From: Eledone cirrhosa
Taxonomy: Eukaryota
Direction: 5' to 3'
Length of the DNA stretch: 64,000 nt
NCBI GenBank assembly: GCA_964016885.1
Contig: OZ024753.1
Location: forward strand, 21,142,001-21,206,000
The notes under the pieces are model-generated. The model worked only from the letters and a program-made list of their open reading frames with translations, did not search any database and had not been told where the DNA came from. How positions within the stretch are numbered: the stretch's first letter is position 1; each line of letters starts with the position of its first letter. Shown here piece after piece: positions 62,801 to 64,000 of the stretch. The translations under genes and the position numbers were made by a program.

Positions 62801-63316
62801 GGACATGTGATGCGTATGAAGGATGACAGCTGCATAAAAAGGTGCAGAGCACTAGAAGTCGATGGAAACCGCAAAGTGGGGAGACCCAAGATGACCTTTG
62901 ATGAGGTGATAAAAGTCGACCTTACCCAATTACACCTCTCAAAGGCAATGACACACGACCGTGACTTCTGGCGTCACGCAGTAATATAGAGTACCTGACC
63001 TCCCATGGGTACAAGCTGAAGCATATAGACAATATGCCCCCCCCCCCCCCCCGCAAGGTGGCCGTGGAGGTGCCACGGCAAAAAAGCACCCAGCCCACAC
63101 TGTAAAGTGGACGTGTAGGCGCCACGAAAAAGCACCCAGCACTCACTGTAAATGAGGTTGGTGTTAGGAAGGGCATCCAGCTGTAGAAATCAAGCCAAAT
63201 CAGTTCCTGTATGAGCAACGCATGGTCAGCCGACCAGACACTGCCCACAACAGGACAACCCGTCTAACCCATGCTAGCGTGGAAGAACGGACGTAAAACG
63301 GTGATGATGATGATGA
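59882..63316 (+). mobile_element. Nearly intact full-length RTE LINE (single APE-RT-PHD ORF 59882-62989, broken by a duplicated in-frame stop)
   Basis: ORFs 59882-61267 and 61391-62989 share a frame; APE (NVGS, CVQE, GDFNGH, SQIDF) and RT (DLEKAFD, QGSVLSP, YADD) motifs intact; (TGA)n tail. Confidence 0.95.
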
Positions 63317-63347
63317 TATATATGTATAAATATATATATATGTATAA

Positions 63348-63419
<72 letters not shown>

Positions 63420-63457
63420 AAATATATATATATGTATAAATATATATATATGTATAA

Positions 63458-63488
<31 letters not shown>

Positions 63489-63523
63489 TGTGTATATATA
63501 TATATATATATATACATATATAC
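63317..63523. repeat. (TA)n microsatellite
   Basis: Visible. Confidence 0.95.
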
Positions 63524-63654
63524 TTGTGTATAATGGTAGCTATGGTGTTTCCATAGGCGGTATGCCAAAATTAGCACTCAATATTCATACAGGGCAGAGT
63601 GTGGATAGTATAAAAAAACGAAAAATCAGTGATGCATCTGGACTCAGTTTGTTG

Positions 63655-63745
63655 CGTGTTACAATTGTTTCGCCGTTAGGTAGCTCGAGACATGATCACT
63701 GTATGGATCTGGCTGATTCTACGGCTGTAGGTTCCTTCGGACACG
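63655..63745 (-). ncRNA. Candidate hammerhead variant with an enlarged stem II region
   Basis: Reverse complement: cgugu CCGAAGG aaccuaca gccgu..(insert)..acggc GAAA caauuG UA acacg; about 130 nt from (TA)n. Confidence 0.45.
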
Positions 63746-64000
63746 GGCAGTTCGTTCGGAGCAAATTTTCTCACTGGGGTGTTATCATCAAAAAACACTT
63801 TCAAAAAACATCTTCAACTCTTGTCATGCCATTGGCTGTTGTTATTCTACGTCATCTTAAGTTCTGGTCACTATTTACTGCTACACGGGTCATCAGCCAT
63901 TTTCCGTCCGACACACTTCAATGGAGTCATGGAGTCATGCTGGGTTCGGTATCTCACACGTCTGTTCACACTTCAGAGTATGTACCCACACATACATACA

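Overview
AT-rich, repeat-saturated eukaryotic (animal) DNA. The repeat repertoire points to a cephalopod, probably Octopus (inference). Only one plausible host coding exon is visible (8072-8625, + strand; signal peptide, furin-type RIHTR site, GT/AG boundaries). The rest looks like intron/intergenic DNA made of nested mobile elements: RTE-clade LINEs with a PHD-type finger (one nearly intact at 59.9-63.3 kb), three tandem Tx1/L1-type LINEs, R4/Dong- and Hero-type RLE LINE fragments, Penelope-like (GIY-YIG) fragments, many tRNA-derived SINEs, a piggyBac relic, a 9-bp-TSD foldback MITE, a Chapaev3 transposase relic, Helitrons, a solo LTR and tandem arrays. The most striking signal not shown by the ORF track is a set of about a dozen type I hammerhead-ribozyme folds (CUGANGA...GAAA..UH). 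Several are intact and show compensatory changes in stem II, many have a palindromic minimal stem III (dimer-type), and most sit about 20-200 nt from (TA)n tracts at the ends of Penelope-like or ORF-less elements. A second notable signal is that the dominant SINE shares its 3' tail and ATTAT-starting target duplications with the Tx1-type LINE. All family assignments come from motifs read by eye, with no database search, and many element boundaries are approximate.
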